Source: Macrostomum lignano (Eukaryota). Taken from it: DNA of 64,000 nucleotides. The stretch is taken from positions 26,064-90,063 of the forward strand of contig NIVC01003579.1 in the NCBI GenBank assembly GCA_002269645.1, written 5' to 3'. The notes under the pieces were generated by a model. It was not told where the DNA came from. It saw only the letters and a list, made by a program, of their open reading frames with translations, and did not search any database. Below are positions 1-14,199 of the stretch, one piece after another. The translations under genes and the position numbers were made by a program. Position 1 is the first letter of the stretch, and the number at the start of each line of letters is the position of its first letter.

Positions 1-109
1 TTGTATCTGGGTGTGCAGTTGTTGTCTCTGAGTGTGTAGGTTGCGTTTTCTGTAGAATTTTTCTTAAAATAATTAGCTACTATTAGTAGGCAAATTCATC
101 CATAATCAG

Positions 110-2174
<2,065 letters not shown>

Positions 2175-2620
2175 TCGAAATTTGTTTTAACTTGTTGGCT
2201 GATTAAAACAAAAAAGTGAATTGAATTTTTTACTTGGCTAATTGGGTTTCGTTTTTATTTCAGTTTTTTCTCCTTTTCAGTCATCGTTTTGAATCGGGCT
2301 CATGTGTTAAAAATTCAATTTGACTATTAAATATGTTGCTCAGTTAAACAAGATTTTGTTCTGACACTTTTTTGAAAAACTTTTAAAAACTTCGTCTCTC
2401 TGAAGCAGCCGGTTCCGGACTGAGTAAAGCACTTCATTTCTTTAGGATTTCAACTAAGTGTTCCTCATTTTATTGCTTATTGATGTTTCTCAATAAAATC
2501 CTGTTCTACTCAAGGCTGTTTGCATAATTAATCACTTTAAGCATTTTTCTTGCAGCATGTACTTTTAATTCTTTCAGCTCATTCATTATTCAATAGTAAA
2601 AGAATCATAACAGGTTGATC

Positions 2621-5600
2621 CTGTGTCAAACAAGTGACTCCTCCGTTAACAGGTGACTCCTCTGTGTCTAACAGGTGACTCATCCGTGTCTAACAGGTGA
2701 CTCTTCTGTATCTAACAGGTGACTCTTCTGTGTCAAACAGGTGACTCCTCCGTTAACAGGTGACTCCTCTGTGTCTAACAGGTGACTCCTCTGTGTCTAA
2801 CAGGTGACTCATCCGTGTCTAACAGGTGACTCCTCTGTATCTAACAGGTGACTCATCTGTGTCTAACAGGTGACTCCTCTGTATCTAACAGGTGACTCAT
2901 CTGTGTCTAACAGGTGACTCATCTGTGTCTAACAGGTGACTCTTCTGTGTCTAACAGGTGACTCCTGTGTGTCTAACAGGTGACTCCTCTGTGTCTAACA
3001 GGTGACTCATCTGTGTCTAACAGGTGATTCATCCGTGTCTAACAGGTGACTCCTCTGTATCTAACAGGTGACTCATCTGTATCTAACAGGTGACTCTTCT
3101 GTGTCTAACAGGTGACTCCTCCGTTAACAGGTGACTCCTCTGTGTCTAACAGGTGACTCCTCTGTGTCTAACAGGTGACTCATCCGTGTCTAACAGGTGA
3201 CTCATCTGTATCTAACAGGTGACTCTTCTGTGTCAAACAGGTGACTCCTCCGTTAACAGGTGACTCCTCTGTGTCTAACAGGCGACTTATCTGTGTCTAA
3301 CAGGTGACTCATCCGTGTCTAACAGGTGACTCTTCTGTATCTAACAGGTGACTCTTCTGTGTCAAACAGGTGACTCTTCTGTGTCAAACAGGTGACTCCT
3401 CCGTTAACAGGTGACTCCTCTGTGTCTAACAGGTGACTCCTGTGTGTCTAACAGGTGACTCATCTGTGTCTAACAGGTGACTCATCTGTGTCTAACAGGT
3501 GACTCCTCTGTGTCTAACAGGTGACTTATCTGTGTCTAACAGGTGACTCATCTGTGTCTAACAGGTGATTCATCCGTGTCTAACAAGTGACTCCTCTGTA
3601 TCTAACAGGTGACTCCTCTGTGTCTAACAGGTGACTCCTGTGTGTCTAACAGGTGACTCCTCTGTGTCTAACAGGTGACTCCTCTGTGTCTAACAGGTGA
3701 CTCATCTGTGTCTAACAGGTGACTCCTCTGTGTCTAACAGGTGACTCATCTGTGTCTAACAGGTGACTCATCTGTGTCTAACAGGTGACTCATCTGTGTC
3801 TAACAGAGGCCTCCTCTGTGTCTAACAGGTGACTCATCTGTGTCTAACAGGTGACTCTTCTGTGTCTAACAGGTGACTCCTGTGTGTCTAACAGGTGACT
3901 CCTCTGTGTCTAACAGGTGATTCATCCGTGTCTAACAGGTGACTCTTCTGTATCTAACAGGTGACTCTTCTGTGTCAAACAGGTGACTCTTCTGTGTCAA
4001 ACAGGTGACTCCTCCGTTAACAGGTGACTCCTCTGTGTCTAACAGGTGACTCCTGTGTGTCTAACAGGTGACTCATCTGTGTCTAACAGGTGACTCATCT
4101 GTGTCTAACAGGTGACTCCTCTGTGTCTAACAGGCGACTTATCTGTGTCTAACAGGTGACTCATCCGTGTCTAACAGGTGACTCTTCTGTATCTAACAGG
4201 TGACTCTTCTGTGTCAAACAGGTGACTCTTCTGTGTCAAACAGGTGACTCCTCCGTTAACAGGTGACTCCTCTGTGTCTAACAGGTGACTCCTGTGTGTC
4301 TAACAGGTGACTCATCTGTGTCTAACAGGTGACTCATCTGTGTCTAACAGGTGACTCCTCTGTGTCTAACAGGTGACTTATCTGTGTCTAACAGGTGACT
4401 CATCTGTGTCTAACAGGTGATTCATCCGTGTCTAACAAGTGACTCCTCTGTATCTAACAGGTGACTCCTCTGTGTCTAACAGGTGACTCCTGTGTGTCTA
4501 ACAGGTGACTCCTCTGTGTCTAACAGGTGACTCCTCTGTGTCTAACAGGTGACTCATCTGTGTCTAACAGGTGACTCCTCTGTGTCTAACAGGTGACTCA
4601 TCTGTGTCTAACAGGTGACTCATCTGTGTCTAACAGGTGACTCATCTGTGTCTAACAGAGGCCTCCTCTGTGTCTAACAGGTGACTCATCTGTGTCTAAC
4701 AGGTGACTCTTCTGTGTCTAACAGGTGACTCCTGTGTGTCTAACAGGTGACTCCTCTGTGTCTAACAGGTGATTCATCCGTGTCTAACAGGTGACTCCTC
4801 TGTATCTAACAGGTGACTCATCTGTGTCTAACAGGTGACTCCTCTGTATCTAACAGGTAACTCTTCTGTGTCTAACAGGTGACTCTTCTGTGTCTAACAG
4901 GTGACTTATCTGTGTCTAACAGGTGACTCATCTGTGTCTAACAGGTGACTCCTCTGTGTCTAACAGGCGACTCATCTGTGACTAACAGGTGACTCCTCTG
5001 TGTCTAACAGGTGACTCATCTGTGTCTAACAGGTGACTCATCTGTGTCTAACAGGTGACTCCTCTGTATCTAACAGGTGACTCTTCTGTGTCTAACAGGT
5101 GACTTATCTGTGTCTAACAGGTGACTCATCTGTGTCTAACAGGTGACTCATCTGTGTCTAACAGGCGACTCCTCTGTGTCTAAGAGGTGTCTCCTCTGTG
5201 TCTAACAGGTGACTCCTGTGTGTCTAACAGGTGACTCATCTGTGTCTAACAGGTGACTCCTCTGTGTCTAACAGGTGACTTATCTGTGTCTAACAGGTGA
5301 CTCATCTGTGTCTAACAGGTGATTCATCCGTGTCTAACAGGTGACTCCTCTGTGTCTAACAGGTGACTCATCCATGTCTAACAGGTGACTCATCCGTGTC
5401 TAACAGGTGACTCATCTGTGTCTAACAGGTGACTTATCTGTGTCTAACAGGTGACTCATCTGTGTCTAACAGGTGACTCATCTGTATCTAACAGGTGACT
5501 CATCTGTATCTAACAGGTGACTCATCTGTGTCTAACAGGTGACTCATCTGTATCTAACAGGTGACTCATCTGTGTCTAACAGGCGACTCATCTGTGTCTA

Positions 5601-5714
5601 ACAGGCGACTCCTCTGTGTCTAACAGGTGACTCATCTGTGTCTAACAGGTGACTCATCTGTATCTAACAGGTGACTCATCTGTATCTAACAGGTGACTCT
5701 TCTGTGTCTAACAG
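2621..5714 (+). repeat. 22-bp minisatellite (TCTAACAGGTGACTCMTCTGTG), ~140 copies, with an 852-bp internal duplication
   Basis: Unit visible throughout; rare variants TAACAAGTG (3584/4436) and ACAGAGGCC (3805/4657) recur at the same 852-bp offset. Confidence 0.96.
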
Positions 5715-7149
5715 CACTGTGAGATCGTCTTTCATCCTCGGCTTAGCTATCCCGTTCAATCAGCAATTCCAGATTGACCGCAGAAGCAGAATCCTGGGGA
5801 ATTAGGAAATTACTGAGGCCTCCTTTTGGGAACCGCGCTCTAGATAAAAAATCCTCTGTTGCAAGTCTGCATGTACCACTCACAGAGTCCCTTAGCAAAA
5901 AATAGTCTAAGCATGGCTCCAAAATGGCTCCGTAGTAGCAGGCTGGGATCCCATCTCGGGTGTACTTTTTGTATGCAGTCACTGGTTGGTGGCCACACCT
6001 TTGTTGTGTATACCTATAAAAATGTCCGCGGAGCTGCTAAAAGTTTAGCTCAGGGTACCTTGGCCGTTCAGTCACACGAGAAGCTACCTTCTACCCACTA
6101 CCAACTACAAATACTAAACAAAATATATACATTGTAAAAGTGCTTTCTACTTTCAGTTCAGTACAAAGAAGAATACATAAGCTTATTTTATAAAAATGAA
6201 GGCAGCTGAAATGGCTTTGATAAGTTTAGAAGCCCCAAGCCTGCGGACGTAAGCAGCTTGCTAATTGGTTCAGCCATAATGTACATGAGCCAGTCCACTG
6301 AAATGTACATGGCAGCTTTAGGCTGGAATTCCGAGAGAGGGCAATAAAAATTGGAACGGGACGGGGTTAGTGTACAAAGGCGCGGTTGGAGGGTTTAAGC
6401 TGGGTGGGGGTAAGTCTAAGCCTTGTAGGCTTTTAAAAATACATTACGCTCGTAAAACGCTTCTGTTTAACTTACTACTGAACTTACTACAATTAAATAC
6501 GCAGATAAGTATAACAAAAGTTATCGTGAATAAAATAGTAAACTGTTGCACCCAAAAGGTCTAATAAAGTGTTATAATTTTTAACAATGTTGAAATAAAA
6601 ATTGAAACAAAATATTGAATCCGAAGCACAACAACTGGGAAACATTTTGAAGTAGTTGCATTCGCACTTTTAGAATTAGGCCTTTGTTTTTATAAAAGTA
6701 ATTAGAAATCTGAAGTTTTTACCCTAAGTTAGAAGATAGGTAGAAATTTATGAAATGCCCAGGCGCAGTGAAGGGCGAGGCAGAAGAGCACAATAGAACC
6801 CCTAGATAGCTATTAGAAGGGCAAACAGAAGCAGCATTTACAAGACAATTAATCAACTGTCAAGGGTATGAATAACCGAATCTAATAAAGCCTCTTTCCA
6901 TTCCAGTGAGTAGCAACACCCCGCCGAAGGCACAATGGCGCTCAAACTAGCTGGGAGAAGCATCCCCAAGTAGCTTGACAACCGAGAGAGACAGAGGACT
7001 GTGTAATCATCTATGGACAGAGTTAAGAGAAGGAAAACGAAGCTCTTTTTTCCATAATCTTTCTATCCCAAAATTTATCCAACTCAACACATAGATTTGC
7101 AAAACCCCGAATACTCTCTTACCCACGCACATAGCAACCTACTAGAACT

Positions 7150-7589
7150 GGGGGCGCTTCATAAGACCTAAATTTCACAACGCCTAAAGCACATGACTTC
7201 ACATCACCTAAATTTCATATCGCCTAAATTTCACAACGCCTAAAATCGAAAATGCAGCCGCCTTCACAACGCCTAAATTTCACATCGTCTAAATTTCACA
7301 ACGCCTAAAATTTCTGCACGCTCCTTCACATCGCCTAAATTTCATATCGCCTAAATTTCATAACGCCTAAAACCGAAAATGCATCCTACTTCATATCGCC
7401 TAAATTTAAAATCGCCTAAATTTCACAACGCCTAAAAATCTGCATGCTCTTTTATATCGCCTAAACTTCATATCGCCTAAATTTCACAACACCTAAAACT
7501 GAATGTGAAGGAGAGAAGCAAAGATTTTAGGCGTTGTGAAGTGTGGTGGTTTTAGGCGTCGTGAAATTTAGGTCTTATGAAAGCGTCCC
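7150..7589. mobile_element. Non-autonomous TIR element (MITE), ~440 bp, with subterminal CGCCTAAATTTCAC repeats and a 7-8 bp TSD
   Basis: Left end GGGGCGCTTCATAAGACCTAAATTTCACAACGCCTAAA matches the reverse complement of the right end TTTAGGCGTCGTGAAATTTAGGTCTTATGAAAGCGTCCC; flanked by CTAGAACT at 7142-7149 and 7590-7597. Confidence 0.85.
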
Positions 7590-8264
7590 CTAGAACTAAC
7601 TAAACTCGTGTACAACTAGAGGACTGAGTCCCAGATTTTTATTGCTTAAACCCCCGCCGTTGCTAACCACGCGAAGACACCCCACCAGCGGCGGGGGAGA
7701 TCAAAAATGCCAATCGGTATAAAATAGACGCCCATCTCAAACTGGACCGGCACTCTCTTTGCTTCTGGTTTGCACGATTTCAGATCTTAACTCGCTCCAC
7801 TTGTATTGGTCTCTGGATTATCTAGTTGGCTCAGATCTAAGTCTTAACACCAATTATTTGCCTTAAAAGTTACACAGAGCAAATATTTGTGTGATCAAAT
7901 TCAGTCTGGATACTAGGAGATCCCGTCAGTTATACGGTTTCCTCTGGCGGCCTGATAGAAGAAACAAAGAGCTGTAAGAACCTTAGACCGCTAGACCTAC
8001 CCCATAGAAGTGAGAACACAATCATGAAACCCCAGAGAAAACGCGTATTAGTTTTAATTTTTGTTTATTAACTCGTGTTTAGAAGAAGAAATAACAGTAA
8101 AGTAATTGTTTATTATTTTATATACTTGTAAATTTATCCGTTATAGCTCGTAGAATCAGGATTATTTGGCTCAAAATGTAACTAAAGCATTTAGTATGCA
8201 GTCTTGATTGTTCTAGTTAAACAGAAAACAAAAAATCAATAGTAAATTGACTGCTAATAACACA

Positions 8265-8755
8265 CAGGGGCGTCACCAACGGGGGGTGACAGGGGGACAT
8301 GTCCCCCCCCCCAGTAAAAGATCTGGGGGACATGCCGATGCTTTGTCCCCCCCCCACCCCACCTTGTGACCCGTTATGGAAATCAATAATTTTGCTGCCA
8401 GGCGAAAAAACATAGTGCCTGCGACGCTAAAATGAGTGCCCGAGGCGCTAAAATGAGTGTCCGAGGCGCTAAAATGAGTGCCCGAGGCGCTAAAATGAGT
8501 GCCTGCGGCGCTAAAAAGAGTGCCCGAGGCGCTAAAATGAGTGCCTGCGGCGCTAAAATGAGTGCCCGAGGCGCTAAAAAGAGTGCCCGAGGCGCTAAAA
8601 TGAGTGCCTGCGGCGCTAAAATGAGTGCTGACAACACCGATTCTGAAAATAATGTACATGTAAGAATTTAGTCATGTACATGTAGATGTGTACTTCAGTA
8701 GTATAATCATTGGCTTTGTCCCCCCTCCACCATAAAGTCCATGGCGACGCCCCTG
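8265..8755. mobile_element. hAT-type MITE (491 bp) carrying an internal 21-bp tandem repeat
   Basis: 14-bp TIR CAGGGGCGTCACCA / TGGCGACGCCCCTG (1 mismatch); perfect 8-bp TSD ATAACACA at 8257-8264 and 8756-8763; internal unit GAGGCGCTAAAATGAGTGCCC at ~8420-8630. A CAG start with an 8-bp TSD is typical of hAT. Confidence 0.9.
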
Positions 8756-9021
8756 ATAACACATTAAATTTAAATCTCACAGTTAAGTGTAGCTTATATG
8801 TAGCTTTTTTAAAGTGCGGCTTAAAGTCTTGCGCTCTGACATCTTCCCCTTTCTGTGGCCACTCATGGCCGGCGGAAGGTGGGTGCAGTTTTGGTTGTCG
8901 TTGTTATATACTACTACTACATATTAGTATATGGACTTTTAATGTAATTCCGATATAATATTTCATCGTTTCTGTTTTCAATTGTTCGCACGGCAGCTTT
9001 GGATGCGGTGTGTAATGCAAA

Positions 9022-11357
9022 TCATTTTCCTGTTTTACATTTGTACCCTGTAATATCCTCAGAGATGTCCGGATTTTTCAGACAAGTCGAGTTCCTGACC
9101 TTACATTTATTGCACTCATCTTTGGCGAAGTTGATGCAATAGGTAAAATCTCGGTCGCAAGTCTCGCGAGCTGTCAACTCAGCCAGCATCCCAACCAACG
9201 GCGATGCCTTCGGAGTGACAGTTGTGACATAATTGAAAACTTTTTTTGCGATGCGCTCCACAGTTTTTGCTGGCAGAACGGAGGAAGTCATTTTCTTCAA
9301 GTTGCTCCAAAATACGGCCCAAGGTGCGAATTCGGTTTCATTCTCCAAGTATTCCGTGACGATCTTCAACGGCACAGAGTAATCAATTATTCCTAGAGAT
9401 GCCAAGGTGAAGCTGTCATATATCAGACTGGCTCTGTCAGCAGGTGTGAACACTGTGTGATCTGTTGTTAACTGAGCAGCCAGTCTGTCCCAGTTCTGTC
9501 TGTCATAATTCACCTGATAGTGCCCGCTCGACCTCAGGTTGATCAGGTACCAATCCGTAGATGAGTCCAAGGGCAGCCTTAGCGTCTCGCCTCTCATCCA
9601 GTGAACCAGGTGCGCCACCTCCGATCTGCTCCATCCAGTATGGTTCAAGTTGGTCATGGCAGTGATGGAATACTCCAGGTCAGGTTGGACTTCTCTTTAT
9701 GACTGAGGCTTACAATATCCTGCTGCCTGAGAAGCAGCGAACCATTTTCCATGGAGCAAGTCACCAGTGGATAGCCTACCTGCTTGACCCACGAACTCAT
9801 CACCGTTTCAGCGTCCAGGCTCTGCTTGTGAATCCGCAGCTGCTCATTCAGACTGGAGTAAAAATCTTCCGAGCCAGCGTTTGAGTAGCTGTGCTTCCTG
9901 ATGTAGCTGGACACGGCAGCGCCAAACACGCGAGCGCCGATGGAGTTGAGCATCATTCGAACTACGGAGCCACCTTTGTAATATACAATGTAGTCAAAAA
10001 GACCATCAATTTCCGTTGGTGTTGAGACGTCCATCTGGATCGGGTGAACTTTATTACGTTTTCGTTCGCGGTTCATAACATGCTTATATTTTTGATCCAC
10101 AACAAAATGACTGTCCAAGTCCGACTCCGAGCCCCATAAACCGAGCCCCAGATAGCTGTAGAATGTCGAAAATGCTTCGTTGAGCCAGATTTCATTCCAC
10201 CATTTCATAGTAACCAGGTTCCCAAACCACTGGTGGACGATCTCGTGAGACACGGTGAGAGCGTTTGATAGTTTTGATTTTGTTGTGGTAGTATTCTCAT
10301 CGTACACAAGGATATTCTGCTGGTAAATTATGAGTCCCCAGTTCTCCATCGCCGCAAAGTGAAACAGAGGAACCCCTGCTTGCTTGGTGATGTTCGTTTT
10401 ATAGGTCACGTTGAGCAGCTCTTCAAAGGCTCCGATGGCTTTAGCAGCTAGAGAAAGAGTGAAGTTGGATTTCTGGACCAGCTCTGGTGGCAGCCAGTTG
10501 GTAAAAACTCGTCCCTTGCTGTCGGTAAGACTGATGGATTGAAACTTCGCCACCAGGAAGGCCAGGGTGTAGGTAGACATTGTCGGAGTTGTCTCGAAAT
10601 CGTCTTTTATTACAGCTTTGGGTTCCGCAGAGTTGGGAAACCAGGTGTTTCCAGGTACTGAGGATGAGGATTTGATTGGCATGTTGCTCAGAGCAGTGAA
10701 TTCTCTGCCTCTGACCAAACTGACATTGAACTCCGCCTTCATTGCTGGCTCATCAAAGCAGGGAAAAACTTCTCTAGCATGGGTTGGTTCAAGCTGCGAT
10801 GATACCAGATAGTATTCTGTGCTGTTCTCAGAATAACTGCTGCTCAAGTAGAGTCCAGTTTTTCCATTCTTCACGAATTTTCCTTTGAATCTGTCGATCA
10901 GCACTGTGTAGGTCTCGCCGGCTCGAAGCGGCTCGCCCAGCTTAATGGTCAGCCATTGTTTCTCCACATTTTCCTCAATTTTCTCTACACTGACGTCACC
11001 ACCTGTGCTGTTTCGCACCCGCACTGTTGGAACTTCCAATCGGACGGAGTGCAACCTGAGCATGTCAGTGTCGTTAACAGCTTCAACAGCGATGGAGACA
11101 CTGCCAGTGAAGTAGCAATCATCACGAATGTTCGAGTAAATAAACGGAGCAAGGGTCAGGGCGTAGCTCACTGGCTTCACGTCGGTTGGCAGTCGGTAGT
11201 TTGACTTGTCTTCAACTCCGGCGTTTCCATTGTCAGGGGCAGATCGCAGCAGCAGAGACAGCAGAATGGCCAGTGAGACTGCAATCAGCACTGCTGCCAC
11301 CAGGGCAGTTACTAAGAGAAGCGTTTTTCGACGCGCACCGATGCCTTTGGCTGGCAT
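9022..11357 (-). CDS. M1-family zinc aminopeptidase (aminopeptidase N-like, type II membrane), intronless, one frameshift at ~9667, shortened C-terminus
   Basis: N-terminal signal anchor (LLLVTALVAAVLIAVSLAILLSLLL), SQLEPTHAREVFPCFDEP, AAMENWGL (GxMEN motif), HEIVH-18-E (WLNEAF), YYKG. The two ORFs join as WSIP-ITAMTNLNH if one base is restored; NYDRQNWDRLAAQL and DRASLIYDSF follow in the second ORF. Confidence 0.88.
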
Positions 11358-11771
11358 TTTAATCAGACTCGAATTCTGTCGGATGTTGGAAGTGCTCTAT
11401 ATATTGCGATGCCTTTTTAATAGCACTTGTAGTTACTAGTTATAGATTGAATTCAACGATTTAAATGCTACAGACAGATAATTATACTGCGAGTCTGTCT
11501 AGAAACATTTGCCACGCCCTTAACATTCTAGGAAGACCATTTGCGCAGTTCAGACACTATCGACGCTATCAGTAGGTTTCGGCGTTTTTAGAGATGCGAA
11601 CTGACCATTGTAAAATGTGTGTAAAGCCATACGCTATTTATTATATCTGAACTCTAGTCGTTTCACCCATTTTTGTTTCAATTTTTGTTGAAATGATTTT
11701 AAACCTGTCCATTGTCTTCATTTTAATGTAGCTCGTAATTCAAAACTCATGCCAAATCTATGCTATTACAG

Positions 11772-12857
11772 GGGCTGACTGTGGAGCTGACTGTGGGCTG
11801 TCCGTGGGCTGACTTTGCAGCTGTCTGTGGGCTGTCCGTGAGCTGACTTTGGAGCTGTCTGTGGGCTGTCCGTGGGCTGTCCGTGGAGCTGTCTGTGGGC
11901 TGTCCGTGGGCTGGCTGTGGAACTGTCTGTGGGCTGTCCGTGGGCTGGCTGTGGAGCTGTCTGTGGGCTGTCCGTGGGCTGTCCGTGGAGCTGTCTGTGG
12001 GCTGTCCGTGAGCTGACTTTGGAGCTGTCTGTGGGCTGTCCGTGGGCTGGCTGTGGAGCTGTCTGTGGGCTGTCCGTGAGCTGACTTTGGAGCTGTCTGT
12101 GGGCTGTCCGTGGGCTGTCCGTGGAGCTGTCTGTGGGCTGTCCGTGGGCTGGCTGTGGAACTGTCTGTGGGCTGTCCGTGGGCTGGCTGTGGAGCTGTCT
12201 GTGGGCTGTCCGTGGGCTGTCCGTGGAGCTGTCTGTGGGCTGTCCGTGGGCTGGCTGTGGAGCTGTCTGTGGGCTGTCCGTGGGCTGGCTGTGGAGCTGT
12301 CTGTGGGCTGTCCGTGGGCTGGCTGTGGAGCTATCTGTGGGCTGTCCGTGGGCTGGCTGTGGAGCTGTCTGTGGGCTGTCCGTGGGCTGGCTGTGGAACT
12401 GTCTGTGGGCTGTCCGTGGGCTGGCTGTGGAGCTGTCTGTGGGCTGTCCGTGAGCTGACTTTGGAGCTGTCTGTGGGCTGTCCGTGGGCTGTCCGTGGAG
12501 CTGTCTGTGGGCTGTCCGTGGCTGGCTGTGGAACTGTCTGTGGGCTGTCCGTGGGCTGGCTGTGGAGCTGTCTGTGGGCTGTCCGTGGGCTGTCCGTGGA
12601 GCTGTCTGTGGGCTGTCCGTGGACTGGCTGTGGAGCTGTCTGTGGGCTGTCCGTGGGCTGGCTGTGGAGCTGTCTGTGGGCTGTCCGTGGGCTGGCTGTG
12701 GAGCTATCTGTGGGCTGTCCGTGGGCTGGCTGTGGAGCTGTCTGTGGGCTGTCCGTGGGCTGTCCGTGGGCTGACTGTGGAGCTGTCTGTAGGCTGTCCG
12801 TGGGCTGACTGTGGAGCTGTCCGTGGGCTGACTGTGGAGCTGTCTGTGGGCTGTCCG
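11772..12857 (+). repeat. Composite minisatellite, ~34-bp unit built of 11-12 bp subunits (GGCTGTCCGTG / GGCTGGCTGTG / GAGCTGTCTGTG)
   Basis: Direct reading; explains the overlapping low-complexity ORFs. Confidence 0.93.
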
Positions 12858-13030
12858 CCAAAAGCCACGGATCTAAACAAACAAGCAATAGCAGAATACG
12901 AGAATACGAGTCAACAATACTACTGCTAGTAGGCGATAAACTAAATGGAATTACAGAACAAATATTAACTCTTCTACTACAATAACTACCAGATCTGATT
13001 TCTAGAAAATGGCGCCAGGTTGGAGTTTTA

Positions 13031-13545
13031 GGAATCGGCGCTTGACTAGATTTTTAAGAATCGGCACTTGATTGGATTTCTAAGAATCGGTGCTTGATTA
13101 GATTTCTAAGAATCGGCGCTTGATTAGATTTCTAAGAATCGGCGCTTGATTGGATTTCTAATAATCGGTGCTTGATTAGATTTCTAAGAATCGGTGCTTG
13201 ATTAGATTTCTAATAATTGGTGCTTGATTATAGATTTCTAAGAATCGGCGCCTGACTAGATTTCTAAGAATCGGCGCTTGATTAGATTTCTAAGAATCGG
13301 CGCTTGACTAGATTTCTAAGAATCGGTGCAAAATTGAATTTCTAAGAATCGGCGCTTGACTAGATTTCTAAGAATCGGTGCAAAATTGAATTTCTAAGAA
13401 TCGGCGCTTGATTAGATTTCTAAGAATCGGCGCTTGACTAGATTTCTAAGAATCGGTGCAAAATTGAATTTCTAAGAATCGGCGCTTGATTAGATTTCTA
13501 AGAATCGGTGCAAAATTGAATTTCTAAGAATTTTCACCAGATTGT
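13031..13545 (+). repeat. 26-bp minisatellite (GATTTCTAAGAATCGGCGCTTGATTA)
   Basis: About 20 copies with variants. Confidence 0.9.
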
Positions 13546-14199
13546 ATTTCTAAGAACGGGTACCAGTTTAAAAACCATAGCACATACTTGTTTTGAAGAA
13601 ATCAGTGTAGTATGATCAGTTTAAGATGGATTAAAATCCCATAAATTTCTTTGCTAATAAAATTAATTGCTACCATTTGCCTAGAAGCAACTGGTTTCAT
13701 TTCGTTTCTGCAATTAATTGATTAATCCTATCTGATTAATCCATTAGAGATAGGATACAGTGTGTTTAGTTATAATTAGACAACAATTTCAACAAGCGTT
13801 ATTAAGCAATTAATTCCATTAGGACTCAGCTAATGTTGTAAGCCACTCACTCAGTAGACAAATGATATCGCCATTTTAAAGTTCCAAGTTCGGTGACGTC
13901 ACAAAGAGGCCGTGACTTGAAAGATTTCTCTTAGCTGACTAAGAATTATCATCTGCTCTCTCATTTTCCAGCTTTTGTCAAACACAGTCAGGTCTACTCC
14001 AAATTTGGTCAAGCACTATGCATGAAGACACCGCGTTAATTTTTGCATGTCGGCAGAAACAAGTTTTCCTATTCTTTGCGTTGCTCTGCGAGTCATTATA
14101 TTTAGTGATCTGCATTGCTCTGCTGCCTTGACTAAATAGACATTTTCAAAGTTCTTCTTTTTAGTACCTGTCACATGCACATCATAGTTCATACTTGTT

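Noticed and set aside
2621-5714. Possible CRISPR array (also 17776-20148, 23480-25760, 31950-33702)
   Set aside because: Units are head-to-tail with no unique spacers, there are no cas genes, and the context is eukaryotic.
7651-7697. 12-bp GC-rich hairpin as a Helitron 3' end or terminator
   Set aside because: The nearest CTAG is ~30 nt away on the minus strand, no 5' TC end was found, and intrinsic terminators do not apply here.
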